Source of the DNA: Curvularia clavata
Lineage: Eukaryota
Reading direction: 5' to 3'
Assembly: GCA_023920165.1 (NCBI GenBank)
Contig: CP089274.1
Coordinates: forward strand, 4,650,001-4,714,000
DNA length: 64,000 nucleotides
The translations under genes were made by a program, and so were the position numbers. Under the pieces are notes generated by a model. It was given only the letters and a program-made list of their open reading frames with translations, searched no databases and was not told the origin of the DNA. Position 1 is the first letter of the stretch; the number at the start of each line of letters is the position of its first letter. This document shows, piece after piece, positions 47,852 to 60,948 of this stretch.

Positions 47852-48967
47852 ATGTCATCTTCTTCTCAGGTTACCGAGTCGTGGATTGCATCCTTTTGCG
47901 GGCTGCTAGGCCACGAATACTTCGCCGAGGTGTCAGAGGACTTCATCGAGGATGATTTCAACCTGACGGGCCTGCAATCGCAGGTGCCCATGTACAAGGA
48001 GGCTCTGGAGATGATTCTAGACGTCGAGCCTGAAGATGACGAGGACGATGAGGAAGAAGAAGAGGATGAGGATGAAGAAGACGAGATACTGGGTGAGGAG
48101 AGGGCACCAGGCTATCGGCGTGCGGGAGACCGAAGACATCTTCGGATAGCTTCTGACCTCAGTGTGATAGAGAGCTCCGCCGAGCTGCTCTATGGACTCA
48201 TACATCAGCGTTACATCACTTCGCGGCCGGGTATACAACAGATGGCCGAGAAGTATGAGCTTCAGCACTTTGGCACATGCCCACGTGTACACTGCAACTC
48301 TTGCAAGGTACTGCCCGTCGGTCTCAACGACAGTCCTGGCCACGAGACGGTCAAGCTGTTCTGCCCCTCCTGCTTAGACGTATACACGCCGCCCAACTCG
48401 AGGTTCCAGACCGTCGATGGCGCATTCTTCGGCACCACGTTTCCGTCGCTCTTCTTCATGACTTTTACCGACCTCGACATAGGAGGCGGGCTTCGCAACA
48501 ACACGTCCAACACAATTGACGCCTTGCAACAATTACAATCACAGAGCGCCGACGGCAAGTCACGGAACGCGACACCTTCCAACGTCACGTCGATAAACGG
48601 CGTCGCACCACACAACCTCGCGCCTGGCCTCGGCACGGGTAGCATATACGAGCCACGCATCTATGGCTTCCGAGTCAGCGAGCGCGCGCGCTCAGGGCCT
48701 CGCATGAAGTGGTTACGGATGCGGCCTGCAGACGTGACGGAGCTCGACGAGACAAGGAGGTACTGGGAGGAACACGACGAAGACGCAGACCGACCAGACG
48801 ACGATGATCTTAACATGGTTGACGTCGCAGAAGGAGGCAAGGGCGTACCGGCAGAGCGAAGGAAGAAGGCCATCCGAACACGAAGACGGCCAACAAACGG
48901 CTCAAACGCTGCTGGTGCTGGGGGCAGTCCCATGGACACAAATGGGGTTGGAGCGGCTGCAGGCTAG
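47852..48967 (+). CDS. CKB1: Casein kinase II regulatory subunit beta-1, with acidic insertion; intronless coding region
   Basis: [76 protein letters not shown] and YEPRIYGF. Confidence 0.95.
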   Translation: MSSSSQVTESWIASFCGLLGHEYFAEVSEDFIEDDFNLTGLQSQVPMYKEALEMILDVEPEDDEDDEEEEEDEDEEDEILGEERAPGYRRAGDRRHLRIASDLSVIESSAELLYGLIHQRYITSRPGIQQMAEKYELQHFGTCPRVHCNSCKVLPVGLNDSPGHETVKLFCPSCLDVYTPPNSRFQTVDGAFFGTTFPSLFFMTFTDLDIGGGLRNNTSNTIDALQQLQSQSADGKSRNATPSNVTSINGVAPHNLAPGLGTGSIYEPRIYGFRVSERARSGPRMKWLRMRPADVTELDETRRYWEEHDEDADRPDDDDLNMVDVAEGGKGVPAERRKKAIRTRRRPTNGSNAAGAGGSPMDTNGVGAAAG

Positions 48968-49825
48968 AAATCTTTTGTCTTCGAGAACCAAGTATTGTTT
49001 TTTTTTTCGTTTGTTGTAGCGCTTCCCATCCCCAGAAAAAATCATAGCAAGGGGCTTTTCAAATGTGCTTGGTTGGTCCGTGGGGTGGCATAGTATCAAC
49101 TAGTCTGGGGGTGGGGGTACGCTGAAGGAGTGTTTTTTGATAATTGCCTTGATGTGGAGTTTGCATAGCCAGACGGAAAGGAAATTCTTCTGTTCAATTT
49201 CGATGCTTAAACTTGTTCTGAGGTTTACGTTGACGTCTTTTTGCGAGCAAGCAGATGTGCAGACAGGATATGAAATGGAGTGGATTGGGGGAGAGGCATG
49301 TGTGTATACGTATTTGCATGCGTATGTTCCATTAAGAACGTTAAGGAGAGAGGAATGGGTTCACGTTAATTCGTCATGCCTTGCCACATGTTGTTGAGTG
49401 AAGGGAAAGTGGACTGGTTGTGTGTGAAGAAAGACAGAAGGAGAGATGTATCCATCGTTTATAGCATAGACTCAACGATCAAGCTCTTCTCATCTCTTGG
49501 AACACTCAGCCTAATCCTGGCATATTGTCACTCTCAGCTATACACATCGCTTATAAGTAAAAGAGAGAAAAAAGGCATTATTTCTCTAGTCAATTTAGCT
49601 TATATACTTGCGCACAGATACGTTTTACATATATCTGTATCCGTATAGAAAGCGACCTCGAAGCACACAGACTGCTCATAAGCATACCATACAGCGAGTA
49701 CAATCGACTCATAGCACTATAATAACCAGGAGATAAGGAAGTTATGAACGAAAGAAGACAAAAGTGGTATATAGCAAAAGCGACAACTGTCTGCATGGAC
49801 AAAAGCAGAAGAGAGAAAGAACAGA

Positions 49826-51790
49826 TTAATGGTTATGCGCCCATTCGGCCAACTGATTTGACGAGTCGACAGAAGCCTGATTCTTCTCGTGATGGCTAGT
49901 GATTGCCATTCCGGCGCCACTTCCTTGCAGGCCCTGCAACGAGACGCCCTCATCGACGATGTCGTCGTGGGAGTCGTCATCGTCGTCTGGGACTTTGAGT
50001 TCGCGGGTGAGTTCGACGTAGTCGTACTGGTGGTGCGTTAGCAAGTTGTTTTATGCAAAAGCTATGTCTAGCAAGAGGAGAAGACGTACAGCAAATTCGC
50101 CAATCTCGACATCGTCAATACCAGCGGCTTCTTCTTCTTCAGTGGCGCGAAGACGAAGCGCAGGAAGGTATCTACCGAGGAAGTCGAGGGCACCAAGGAT
50201 GAGACAGGTGCCGAAGAAGGAGTATGCGCCGCCGGTGAAGGAGTCTGCGAGTTGGTATCCAAGTTGGATCCAGTGGTGGTTGAGCCAGCCGCCGGCGATG
50301 ACGGAGTAGCCGTCGAGGTGGGCGATGTAGTCGCTGTAGCGGTGAGGGTTAGTAAAACACGTATGTATAGCTGACTGAAGACAGACTTACCTCGCGAAAA
50401 AGGCAGTGAGAATATTGCCAATGAAGCCACCAACGCCGTGGACAGCAAAAATATCGAGTGCGTCGTCGCAGCGGAGAAAGTACTTGAGCTTAGTGGCGTA
50501 GTTGCAGGCAATCCCGCCGCACACACCGAACACGACGGCCGCCCATGCAGGCACGTATCCAGATCCGGGGGTGATGGCTACGAGACCTGCGATGACGCCT
50601 GAGCAGAAACCCACAGTGGACCATTTGCGCTCCAGACGGTAGTCTACCAGACACCAAGTGATACCTCCGACGCAAGCAGCCAGATTTGTGCATACGGCAG
50701 CCATGATGGCTCGGAGATTAGCAGACAGGGCCGAGCCAGCGTTGAAGCCGAACCAGCCTACCCAGAGGAACACGGTGCCGATGACAATGTGCGTGACATT
50801 GTGAGGGCGGTAGTTGAGCTCCTGGGTACCGTGACCGCTGCGCTTTCCGAGCATGTACGAGTAGCCGAGAGCAGCGCAGCCAGAAGCAATATGCACGGGG
50901 GTTCCGCCGGCGAAGTCCAAGCCGCCCATTTTAAAGACCCAGCCGGAGGGGTTCCAAGTCCAGCAGGCGATAGGGTCATAGATGATAGTAGTCCAGATGA
51001 ACATGTAGATGATGCATGGGAGCATGCGACCGCGTTCAGCTACGGCTCCTACAGCAAGTGCGACACTAGACGGAGGACTTAGTTTGATTTAAACTTTGAA
51101 TGTGGTTTTTGGTATGCAAAGACGTACGTGATGGCGGCGAACATGCCCTGGTATACGCAAAAGAGCAGATCGGGGATACGCGGGCTACCAACTGAAGGCG
51201 CACCAAGGACATTCATTAGACCAAAGTTATCCAGGGCGCCAATGTATTTTCCTGCCTTGTGTGAGAAGGCGAGAGAGTAGCCCCAGAAGAACCATTGGAA
51301 AGAGACGACGGCCGTCGCCATGACGGACAGCCATAGTAGCGACAGCGCGGACTTTCTTCGCGCTAATCCTGAGTAGAAGAATCTGTGGTTTTATTAGTTC
51401 TATGTCTTATTATTTTTTAAAACTTGCTTCTTTTTTTTTTTACTTTGGTGTTATTGGAAAACACTTTCAGAACAAGATAGCAGTTTATCGGAATGAAAAT
51501 CGGGAAGACTGACCCTACGCCCGGGATCATGAGAAGCACGAGGGCAGTCGATGTGATCATCCAAGCGATATCGCCGGGCTAGAAAAACGACGTGGTTAGC
51601 CCCGCGTCCCCACCAAATAGGTATCTCTGGGCGCATTCAAGAAAGCTGGATGGCCAGAGATGGAGCAAAAACTCACGTTGTAGAAAACATTGAGATTGTA
51701 TAACCTCGAGTCGCCGCCTGTGGAGATGGTGGTATTGGCAAACGTCTCCAGAGGGGTCGTGGGGTCCAGTCCCGACGTGACGGGGTCCAT
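49826..51790 (-). CDS. Ammonium transporter (Amt/Mep family); multi-exon
   Basis: GDIAWMITSTALVLLMIPGVG|FFYSGL, FQWFFWGYSL, DFAGGTPVH, LWVGWFGFNAGS, GLVAITPGSG and DDALDIFAVH; both pore histidines are present. Confidence 0.95.
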
Positions 51791-54177
51791 GTTGTCGTTG
51801 TACTACCCCGGAATCTCTTTTTTCCCTCTTTAAATGCTGCTTGGGAAATCTGCTCGATCTTTCTCTTCAAATGATTTTCGACAGAACAGGAGGCGTTTCC
51901 AGATATATTTGTAGGCAAGAGAGACAGAGCTATTTTAAAAGTCCAAAATGTGGTGGAGGAGGACGATCCAAGGGCGGAAGAAAGATGGTTAGGGCTTTGT
52001 GGATCGCTACACGTTCAGGGATGTTCTGGCTGCAGTGGTGCTTGGCGATGGACAGGGTGGATAGGCAGGGTGGATAGGCAGGCTGGAGAAAGCAAAGAAT
52101 GAACGTGGCCCTGGTGAAACGCACGAAGATTGCGGGCAGAGAAGCGTGAAGAGGATAGCTGGCGATACCAAGTTAATACGGGCACGACGGTCCGGCTAGC
52201 TGGTAAGCAGAAGCAGTAGGCGGGACTTGGTCGGTGGTTATATGGATATAAGCAGACGAGAGCAGACCAGACCAGGATGCAAGCTTCGTCTCCCGCCCGT
52301 TTTCGGAAGCCAGTTAAAGGGCAGTCAGACGAGCGCTTTGGCAGTGCTCTCTGGGGGGTCTGTGTCTGATAGCAGGCGAGCGGGATGAGATTGGATTGCT
52401 TGTCAGCCAATATCCCGCCATGGGGGCGGGTCGCAGAGCAAAAAGCAAAAGCGAGAGAGCCAACTGCAGGGTGCCGCCCACACTGGAACGCGGCGGATCC
52501 CACACGGACGTCTGTCTAGTGCCTTGTAGCCCGTGTTGGAACCATTTGGGGCGGCATGTCACTCTGAACGCGACGCCTCGACGCCCTGCGAACGGGACTC
52601 TGGCAGCTGGGAACCGCGGCTCGTCGCTTAGGTACCTGCTCGTGGCTGTCGGATGGCGTCGTAGTTTCTGTCTCTTTTTCTCTTCCTCGTCGTCTTCTTT
52701 TGCAGTCGTCGCAAGGCGTCCTTGTCGCCGCCCGCCTGGCTGCACGGAACAGGGTGTGCCTCAGCCCAGGACGTCGCTATCAGCACCATGATGCAAACCC
52801 ATTGTTCAGAGTTTAGGAGAGCAGCTGGTACCAGGGTAGCGATAACGTGAGTAGGGCTGATAGGCCAGCCGGGGGTGCATGTCGTCTGGAAACTTGTCCG
52901 GGCCATCCCTGCGCTGCCTATCCGGGGGGACAAGGCCGGCTTGGGTCCTTGGAGATATGGCCGGGCGATCACATCACAGCGACACTCCCACGCGACGCTG
53001 GCCTCGACGACTGATATCGCATAACATTCAGGACATGAACACTGGCCTCCTCGGATCCTCCACACGCACGCACGCACTCACGCACTCACAAGTCTCGCTT
53101 GGCTGTGAAGGTCCCAATTTCCCACCTGGCCCGCCATCCTTATCTCGCACATCTCGCATCACCTGTCCGCCGGCTCCCACGCCCAAGCCGGTAGCCACCT
53201 CGAACAGCCACCACTACTAGCAACCATGCTCATGCAGCAAGCCCCCTTGGGCCCCTCCAAGAGACGTTTCTGGCGTCCGCGCCTCTAGAGTAGCGTTGCC
53301 GACGTGCAAATCATACCGCGCTGCTGGGTCTGCTTCTCGCCTCGTCTACCCCAATCGCCCCTCGCTGCATGAGTCTGTGTTTCCACTTTCTTTTGCTGAT
53401 GCACACGACTCTTCGATCCCTGGACCGCACCGATCAGTGGTACTGCTACGTCCAGCCTGATGCATCCTGGACCCATTGTACCCCTTGGCACTGACCTGGA
53501 CCCATCTGCTCCTGCGAGTATTTTTGTATGCATGCTCCTGGTGCATGCCAAACTATTGGTACATGGCATCTGTGTGACAATGAGGCTGAGACTTTGACGC
53601 GCGGAGAGACGAGGCTGGCATGTAGAGACCTTGTGAGGAAGCTATGCGGCCTGTCGTAGCATGGGCATGAACTTTGACTGTCCTCAGGACTAGCTCCATG
53701 GTATGCACTAACTAACGGTGTTAAGACGTCTAGCTACAAACGGAGCTGCTTCTGGTCGGGTCTTCGGCCAACAGCTACGACGCTCAAGGACCCTCGCCGC
53801 TGCTAAACCTGCACCCCCAACACTCTACCTGTTATATGCACATGCTTGCCATTTACATTCCTTGGCTGAATATGACCCCTTTATTCCGTGCATCAATACA
53901 AGAGCGATATATGCCGTCTTCGCTTCATACTCAGGAGCAGTTTCCTGTTCCTGTTCCTGTTCGCCGAAGCCTTGCTAGACTTCTCCTGGTGACCTAATCA
54001 ATCTGCCCGTCGGCCAAGCATCCCACATTCCCCATAAACGGGCAAATTCGCATGTTTCGGCGGAGTTGGCCCGCGCCACGGGCCCGGATGCTGAACATGT
54101 GCACAGGCCCAACGGGTCAACAGGCGGCAAATCACGACATTCAATATGCCACCGAGCTCAGTTACGAGGTTTAAACT

Positions 54178-55416
54178 TCAAGGATGCATAGGCGTCCCAG
54201 ACCCTGCCGGAGTATTCGCCCCTGGCGTCACAGAATCGATCCCCGCCCTCTTCTTCTTTTTCTTCTTTCGTGGGATCAGTGCTGGTGGGTTTGTCACAGC
54301 GCTTCGTAGTGAGAGATAAGAACCACAGGTGAGGCAAAGGTTATCCGGAAGATCTGGACTGCAGAAGACTATGTCATGTTAGTATCTTGGGCGGGTAGAA
54401 TGTGTCCAGAGGGTTGGCCTTACTGCTCAAGCACACACTGCATACAAAGCCAATATCAACAACCTTTCGGTGACAGAAGCATGCAGCACGGAAATCAACT
54501 CCACCAGCACTGGGAACCACCAGGCTGGATCTTGCCGTCACATCTGGTAAAAAAGCCATCATCAGATACTGAAGGAGACCCTCTGGACGTTTGGGCTTCA
54601 TGTATACTCCTCCGGTCGCATCACTAGCCTGCTGCAGCAAGACTGTGTCTCCAGCTAGTTTCAGAATGTCAATGGGTATCCGCTTCCTCTGTGCAGCAAA
54701 AATAGAATTCATGACGGGTATGTACTGGTTGGCTAGATCGCCAGACACAGACACAATGAGGATACGAGAGGTCAAAGACACGCGATCCACGTGGGTATTC
54801 TCCGAGTCGGCAAGTGCTGCAAGAGAAGCACTCTCTGCAGAGGCCGCTGTAGGAGCATGCAGAATAGTCTGCTTGTTGATGTGTGTGAGTGCCAGGGAGA
54901 GGGCGCCACCGATAAGCGTCGTGGGCGTAGCTTCCAGGTGGCTCTCTTTAGTCTCATTCAGCAGTTTGACAAAATTCTGCAGTATGGTACTCTCCACGAC
55001 AGCAAATGGTCGGTACTTGTTGGCGCTCTCAGCCGTATGAACCCCCGCGTCATTCCCTGCGCCATTCATTTCCACATCGCCGTTGGTAGCGCCATTGCGT
55101 GGCTGAGGTTGCGGGTTCGTAGGCGACGGATAGAGGAAGGCGGTCTTGTGTGAGTGTGATGCTATGACCGCTACTTCGTTGGTATTTCCAGATGCCAAGT
55201 GCGCGTTGATAAAGACGAGAATATTCGCGAGGGCAGTCGAGAGCGACAGCGTCGAGGACAAGTGCGCCCAGGCGTGTGGATTGGTATCGAGAACAATGGC
55301 TAGCAGAGAAGGCGGAGGGGCTGGGCGATGTCAGTCGTCCTGTCACTGATGCTTCTTGTACGCTTCTTGCCTTCTTCCGTCTTTACATGCCGGTCTGAGC
55401 CGTCGATAGTATTCAT
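54178..55416 (-). CDS. TFB4: TFIIH subunit Tfb4/p34 (vWA-like domain plus C-terminal zinc finger); 3 exons
   Basis: SLLAIVLDTNPHAW, GGALSLALTHINK, SRILIVSVS, QYIPVMNSIFAAQ, LQQASDATGG and VDFRAACFCHRKVVDIGFVCSVCLS|IFC..CLTC. Confidence 0.95.
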
Positions 55417-56290
55417 GGCGGCGATACGACCCTTGTCCAAAGGCTCCTAGCACTAGTTTTACCTATTCAAGGCCTACTCATGATATCTCGGTAGCCGAGT
55501 TGTTTGCGCTCGGCTTTGATGGTGAGCGTGTAGGTTGAAGTCAAGCTCGCGAGCGGCGGAGCCCGTGCCCAATCCGCGTATGCACGTGACAGCGCATCAT
55601 CAAGCTGTGGGATTCTCACCATTACTCAGCCCTTGCATAACCAGACGTCTTGAAGTGCTAGCATCAACACATGACTGACTATCACTCTCATGCTACAAAC
55701 ACCTTCGCTTCATGAGCAGGCAGCCGCCAAGTCCAGCATTGCAGCATTGTTGTATCCGGATCTACCGGCTTTAAATAGTCGGAATTCGGGAGTCCAGAGA
55801 ACCGAATCGGAGAGATGCCTACTCCGAATCTACTACGACTAATGGTGTAGTGCCGAGGCTGAGATGCTTCTCCGCATCTGTAATGTAGTCTCCTGATGTA
55901 AGAAAAAAGTGTGAATCATTAATACCTAGAATTCCACTGGATCAAACCATAATAGTACGACGGCGACCTCGGCAGGAAGCGCCACTGCTAAATACTAGGC
56001 CATCCATTCGCTGTGGAGCTCCATGGGCCATGGTAGATTGAGACTACCGAGCCGAAACCCCTTAGGATCACCGCAAGGCCCACAGCTGAAAACACGTCTT
56101 CCAAGGATCAGCTGTTAGCTGTTGAAGCTGGACACGTAAATACTGTCCATACCTCGTACCACCACGCGTGCTGCAGGAGGCTTGGCTTGAGCAACTGAAC
56201 CTTTGCTTTGTCTGAGATTCCCACAACGTTTCAATTGTCAACTGCTTCACCCACTCTCCACCTAGTCACATGCTCTAAAGAGACGCCAAT

Positions 56291-58350
56291 ATGATCACCG
56301 AGTCGATACGCAGGGTCAATGGCTATGACAAAAATGCCTACACGTACTATCCCGTCGTCATTGTCGGCGCTGGAGCGTCTGGCATCGCCATGGCATGCCA
56401 GCTAAAAGAGCAGCTCGGATTCGACCAGTTCCGCGTCTTTGAACGCCAGACCGGAATTGGCGGAACCTGGTGGATCAATCGCTACCCTGGAGTTGCTTGG
56501 TATGTCTACAAGTCCATCGATTCAGCTCGATTACCAGAAAGAGCATCAGCAATGTCTTCTGCATTCGTACTTCAAGGAAGGTTGCTCATCATAAGTGAAT
56601 CCCTCGCTAACAACATATAGCGATGTCCCCGCCGTCTTCTACTCCTTCTCATTTGCGCAAAATCCACACTGGACTTCTTTCCACCCACCTGGTAGAGAAA
56701 TCGTACAGTACTACCACGAGGTGTGCGAGAAATACAAAATCACAGATAAGTTCGAGTGCAACACAGATGTTGAGAGTTGCAGATGGCTAGAAGATGAGGC
56801 GCTGTGGGAAGTCACGCTACGCCGCATGGTATCAGGCATGGGTGATCTCTCGTCCAAGGACCGCATCAAAATCGTGCAAGAGAAGGGCGAACATGCAGTA
56901 TATGCCGAGACTGAAGTCGTTAAAGCAAAGGTTGTGCTCAGCTGTGTGGGAGGCTTAGTTGAGCCCAAGGGTTGGCCCGATGACATCAAGGGCATCGAGA
57001 ACTTCAAGGGCAAAATGTTTCATTCTGCAAGATGGGATGATACGGTCGATTTCAATGGCAAGGATGTGGTGGTAGTAGGGACGGGATGCAGCAGTGCACA
57101 GCTTGTCCCTCGACTGCCACACGCCCCCTATAATGCCAAATCTGTCACTCAGCTGATGCGATCACCGCCGTGGGTTGTCCCCGCTGCCGATGCCCCAGGC
57201 GGAGACGAGTGGTGGGAGAAGAATGGCCCAACGATAATGCGTAGCGTACCTGGACTCAAAGAATTCCTTCGATTCGCCATCTTTGCCAGCGCAGAGGCCC
57301 TCTTCTATGCACTCTTCCCCAACACACCCTATGCAACAAAACAGCGAAAGAAGTACGAGCAGAAGATGCTCGAACGCATGAGAAAAATTGTGCCCAAGAA
57401 GTACTGGGAAATCATGACGCCAGACTACGGTGTCGGATGCAAGCGCCGTATCTTCGACAAGAGATGGCTAAAAAGCCTCAACGAGCCCAAGATCGAGCTT
57501 ACCACTCAACCACTGACCAGAGTCACCGAGACAGGCGTCGTCATTGGTCCCGGTGTCACGCATCCACCCAACGCCAACAAGGACGACCATCCCGAACGCG
57601 AAATTCCCGCCGACATCATTGTCCTGGCCAATGGCTTTGACACCACACGATGGCTGCACCCCCTTAAGGTCATTGGCAAAGGCGACAAAGACCTCGTCCA
57701 AGTCATGGAAGACCGTGGTGGCGCTCAAGCCTACCAGGGCACCGCCATGGACGGATTCCCTAACTTTATGATGATATTTGGTCCCAACACCGCAACGGGG
57801 CATTCGAGTGTAGTAATGGCTAGTGAAAGTAAGTCTGATATTACTCCCCTAAGAAAGAGGCCATGAAGCTAACCAGCACCCTCCACACACAGACATGGTC
57901 AACTACTCCCTCAACTTCATCCGCCTGCTCCTCACAAATGAAGCGCGCACCATCGACGTCAAGCACTCTGCCGAAGTTGCCTACACTGCCGAAATGCAGA
58001 ACGCCCTCAAAGACACCGTCTGGCGCAGCGGCTGCTCCAGCTGGTACTTTACCGAAAACGGATGGAACTCGACTGTCTATCCCTACAGCCAAATCGACTT
58101 TTGGCGCCGATGCAAGTTTGTAAAGTGGAGTGATTGGAATATCGAGTATACAAGCAAGGGATTGGCGAGGTTGAGGCTCAAGAGGATGGTTAGAGTATTG
58201 GCGCTCGTGCTGGCAGTGGGTGGACTGTGGAAGATGAGGGTGAATGGGGTGGGAGTTAAAGATGGTAGGGCTTTGGCGAGCGTTTTGGCACAGGGTGCGG
58301 TGCAGAATGCGATGCAGTTGGCGCAGAGGATACGGGGTGTGGCTTGGTAG
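56291..58350 (+). CDS. FAD/NADPH-dependent monooxygenase, Baeyer-Villiger type, with a C-terminal hydrophobic anchor; 3 exons
   Basis: GAGASG Rossmann motif, GGTWWINRYPGVA|CDVP (intron 56500-56620), BVMO fingerprint FKGKMFHSARWD, GTGCSS, GCKR and FPNFMMIFGPN. Confidence 0.9.
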
Positions 58351-58758
58351 TCTACTAGAGCGGAGTTGGTTCTGAGCTTTGCTAATCCTTTTTTCCGTTT
58401 ACAGAAAACATGATCGCTTTAGTCATGACTGTACATTTCGCCGTATGTCACTCCAGCGATAACCCTGGGGTGTAAGGGGAGTAAAGAATATGAAAGTATA
58501 GGGGATGCAGTTAATTAAATACTTCTATACAACATGCATAGTCAGTACCGCCCGAGAAGTATCCCGACTGGCATAGCAGTCCTCTGGATACGAGTCGTCG
58601 TATCTGGCATGGATTTCTACCCCATGTATTGGGTCTCTGCTGTCACCATGCTGGCTGGAAATGGCATAATCTTCCCACGTAATGGTTGTATGATCGAAGA
58701 CCAGGGGAGACTTCTGACAGAACGCATGTAGTCGGTGACTACACACTGTTTGAATATT

Positions 58759-59264
58759 TCATACTAGCATTGTCAGCGCATCTCCCTTCCCACAAACGCA
58801 CTTGTACTCACCATCAAGGTAATCAGCGGCAATCAACAGCTCTAGGCACAGCTCAGGCGGTATATCCATATCCGAGACGTCTTTGCTCTCCGCGTGTTTC
58901 TGGTTGTAGTACAGGTATTCACAAACTTTCTCTAGAACGACACCACTGTTGACTGTTAGTTCAGCTCGTCGTTTACGCTTCGCCTCAGCCTGCGCCGGCT
59001 CATCGGGTGGCAGCACGGGAGTCCGGACGTACTTGATCGTGGGTAGCTCGACGCGATTCTGTGCGTTTTCTCGGAAGCCAGCTATGGAATGCTGTTAGTA
59101 ACCATAAGATACACTAGTTAGGTTGCTAGAAAGTTGTTCATACACATAGGATCCAGCGCCTTCTTGATCGTCCCCGCTATGCATGCGGCGGAGCGAAGGA
59201 GCTTAAACTCGTATCCGTCGTTCGACACTAATGTGACATATTCGGTGGGCTTTTCGTCTGCCAT
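58759..59264 (-). CDS. ELC1: Elongin C (Skp1/POZ family); multi-exon
   Basis: YVTLVSNDGYEF, ACIAGTIK, SGVVLEKVCEYLYYN and DIPPELCLELLIAADYLD. Confidence 0.93.
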
Positions 59265-59525
59265 TGTTGCAAGCAATGAGGGGAACGGGGGTGAGTATGT
59301 GCGGGGTGAGAAGCAAGGACAAGGATCGCAGGGAAAGCTGGCGGCGAATCGCGCAGTCACGTTTTCTCGCGTAGCAATTGCTTTCATAGATTTACATCAT
59401 ACTTTACAAACGCCCATTCCGCATATTGGACTAGTCAGGTTTTGAGAATCAGCTAGTTTTAATCGAAACGACTAAAATTCAGATGATACACCAGAAACTG
59501 TAAGACCTATTAAGAGAAGCCAGCC

Positions 59526-60433
59526 ATGACAGCAAGACCACGACACATCCTAGTTACGGGCGGGAGTCGGGGCATCGGTCTAGCAATTGCACAATTATTT
59601 GCAAAGAATACATACCGCTGTACCCTTGTATCACGCTCAGAGCAAGATCTTAAAGTCGCCGTATTTTCATTACAACCTCTATCCACACAACTCTCTACGT
59701 CTTCCTCGCAAGATGTCTCCCACCAATACATAGCAGGAAGCATATCCCAAGGCCCTCGATTCTGGTCCTCAGATTCCTCTTCTCCCTTCGGCGCTGTCCT
59801 CCCCAAGCCCTCCCGCCAAAACTCGTCTACTCATTCCTCTCGCATAGACGTAGTCGTAAACTGCGCTGGCATAACGCAAACCAAGCTCTTCAGCACCCTG
59901 GACGAATCCGCTATGGAAAACATTATCAACACCAACCTAACCGCCCTAATGCAGGGCACAAAATTCCTACTGCGGAATGGCTATCTGCGCGGCTCTTCCT
60001 CCAGCAAGCAGGAAAAGGAGGATTTTAGCCCTACCATCATCAACGTCGCGTCGCTGCTGGGTCTGCATGGAGGCTACGGTGCAGTTGCGTATGCGGCGTC
60101 CAAAGCAGGCGTCCTGGGCTTCACACGCGCGCTCGCTACTGAGTATGCAAGTCATAAAGTGAGGATCAACGCTATTGTTCCGGGATATGTCGAAACGGAC
60201 ATGACTAAAGGTGTGTGAGCCAAAGCTGTTGATTTCCAATGGTGCTGGGTGATGGAAAACTGACAAAGTATATTTGACGAATAGATCTTCACTCGACGGA
60301 ACTCGAGCAGCGGATTCCGCTAGGGCGTTTTGGTACGCCTGCTGAGATTGCACATGCGGCGCTGTTTCTTGCTGAGAACCAATATGCGCATAATTGTGTG
60401 GTCAACCTAGACGGTGGATTATCTGCTGTTTGA
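59526..60433 (+). CDS. Short-chain dehydrogenase/reductase, FabG-like (3-oxoacyl-ACP reductase-like); 2 exons
   Basis: TGGSRGIG, VNCAGI, catalytic YAASK, NAIVPGYVETDMT|, then RIPLGRFGTPAEIA..NLDGGLSAV*. Confidence 0.9.
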
Positions 60434-60948
60434 AAATAACGAAACACAAACACATAATGTGAGCAGAAACGTGATAGGATATTTGTCATCTTGCATTATT
60501 GTTTGTTTGTCTGCCATTACAGCTTCTCGCAAGCGTATTTGCGTTGTTCTCTGTTTTTCCTCCTCTCGAGCTGGGCTGGCTCTCTCCGCTAAATGATTCC
60601 GTAAGGGAAGGAAGAGAACAGGTTAATTCGTGTCATGCCGCCTTTAGAAACGCCCTTTGCTAAATGACTGGCTGGGTGGCAGAGCTGCTATAGTACAGAG
60701 TGTGAAATCTATGTGTGCTTGCAGACGTGTAGGGTACTGCATAGGATAGTTGGAGCTGTAAGGCGGGGATACCCTGAACTAACAAGCAAAACACGCTTGA
60801 AAGCATGTGATACAATGTGGCAACCGGAATAGAACAAACGAGGCTCGAATTCCGGCAGTAGATTACGAGGGACAAGGTGCTGGTGTGATTCAAGAGGGTG
60901 TCCTGCTAGCTTGCGATCGTTAACCAAGCTCTTTGGCAAGTGAATGAC

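Noticed and set aside
53340..53435. TTCGATCCC resembling a tRNA T-loop
   Set aside because: No T-stem, acceptor stem or A-box could be formed around it.
54178..60433. Secondary-metabolite cluster around the monooxygenase and SDR
   Set aside because: There is no PKS, NRPS or terpene synthase, and the neighbours are housekeeping genes (TFB4, ELC1, UBA2).
58348..60440. Stop-codon readthrough giving cryptic peroxisomal targeting in the monooxygenase or SDR
   Set aside because: Neither stop has the TGA-CTA context, and the extensions do not end in a PTS1-like tripeptide.
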